A stretch of DNA of 64,000 bases from Balanoglossus misakiensis. Its lineage: Eukaryota > Animalia > Hemichordata. Numbering within the stretch: the first letter of the stretch is position 1; each line of letters begins with the position of its first letter. The stretch covers positions 8,883,612 to 8,947,611 of the forward strand of contig CM082594.2 of NCBI GenBank assembly GCA_040954595.2, given 5' to 3'. Below are positions 63,001 through 64,000 of this stretch, one piece after another. The notes beneath the pieces were generated by a model, which had not been told where the DNA came from, made no database searches, and saw nothing but the letters and a program-made list of their open reading frames with translations. The translations under genes were made by a program, and so were the position numbers.

Positions 63001-63947
63001 AACACAAGTGTAGGATCCAATATTGTTTGTACATCTGGCATCTGAATGACAGTTATCCAAACTCTCACTGCATTCATCAATATCTGGAATTAAAGAGAAT
63101 GAATTCTGAAGTCAGCCAGGGGTTCATTGAGTATAGTATTCAGAAGAATCTCAAGAAATACTGACTGTGTTTCTTGCGTTTACTGTTATCATTGCCAATC
63201 TTCAATACACACCAAATTCTTTTGGCCAGTTCTACGACTACTTTGAAATGAAACCAATGAACTTCATGAAGTAAATATGCCATACCTTCACAGATCAGTC
63301 CAGTCTTGAGATATCCATCTTTGCAAGTACAATTGTATGATCCAATGGTATTTTCACATTCAGCATTAATGTCGCAAGGTGATAGAAGGTTGCATTCATC
63401 AACATCTGAAAAGCAATTAAAAATAAAAACCTGTTGACCATGCACAAAGAACAACACAAAAGCAAGTACAAGCTCTGCTGTGAATGTTAGTGAGTGTTGA
63501 TGTGGTTATTCTTATGTGAAGCGTATACTTACCCTCGCAGGTGAATCCGTCGCCAAGGTAACCATCCATACACTCACAGAAGTACGATCCAATGGTGTTG
63601 TTACAAACGGCATTGGAACTACAGCCTGGGTCCCCATCACTACATTCATTGAAATCTATAAAACAATACATTCATAAAAGTGACATGTGATGTTTATACT
63701 GTACCAGTACAGGTACCTTCAATCCTATGTTTTATCAGTACAGAATATTGTGTGGTTGCACATCATCCAAAGGGGCATAAAAGCTCAGTCCCAATACAAA
63801 CAAGAATGACAGTATACCTTGACATATTCCTGTGACGTTTGTATACCCAGTATCACATACACATTGGTAGCCACCATACATATTGACACACACTTCATTT
63901 TGATCTTGTTTGCAATCATCTGAATCATCTTGACACTCGTTAATATC
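57093..63947 (-). CDS. Single-pass membrane protein with tandem Ca-binding EGF repeats and two SEA domains (mucin/fibrillin-like), 3' part; continues beyond the window
   Basis: About 14 EGF modules, mostly one per exon (DIDEC/DVDEC...CxNTxGSYxCxC). SEA-like exon pairs at 60574-61110 and 59208-59720. TM helix ([25 protein letters not shown]) near 58030-58100, basic stop-transfer [11 protein letters not shown], and a cytoplasmic tail ending ...LLDHEYF* at 57093. Confidence 0.85.
58421..58487. repeat. (ATTG)n / (GAGT)n tetranucleotide microsatellite
   Basis: attgattgattg runs, then gagtgagtgagt, in an intron. Confidence 0.75.
59096..59160. repeat. Degenerate (TGTC)n microsatellite
   Basis: gtctgtctgtc...cctgcctgtctgtc...gtatgtatgtccgtctgtcc in an intron. 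Confidence 0.65.
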
Positions 63948-64000
63948 TGCAACAAAGATTAATTAAGATAATGAACTATCCTATGATAACTTACAGTAAA

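Noticed and set aside
58889-63947. Regularly spaced similar units resembling a repeat array
   Set aside because: They are EGF-domain exons with GT-AG boundaries, not CRISPR or satellite repeats.

Overview
Intron-rich animal genomic DNA (GT-AG introns, low GC). The gene content suggests an invertebrate deuterostome such as a hemichordate, echinoderm or amphioxus; this is inference only. Eight protein-coding genes can be reconstructed. In order: (1) the 5.3-kb terminal exon of a C2H2/C2HC zinc-finger protein (+); (2) FBXL7 (+, 4 coding exons plus a probable alternative first exon); (3) an SLCO/OATP transporter (-); (4) a gene with a degenerate GT-B/GT4 glycosyltransferase-like domain (-); (5) an N-myristoylated ARM-like/TIR/SAM-like protein (-); (6) a 25-exon TRPM2-like channel that keeps the SLOG/MHR1-2 nucleotide-sensing domain and Ca2+ site but has no C-terminal NUDT9-H domain (-); (7) a second ARM-like/TIR/SAM-like paralog, head-to-head with the channel (+); (8) the 3' part of an EGF/SEA single-pass membrane protein (-). 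The main finding is the compact TIR-TRPM-TIR cluster at about 38-56 kb, with the GT-like gene beside it. Two TIR enzymes that keep the catalytic Glu flank a SLOG-domain cation channel, which looks like an animal counterpart of bacterial Thoeris (TIR-made NAD-derived signal read by a SLOG-domain effector). That function is inferred from architecture and adjacency, not demonstrated. Exon boundaries were read by hand and may be off by a few bases.
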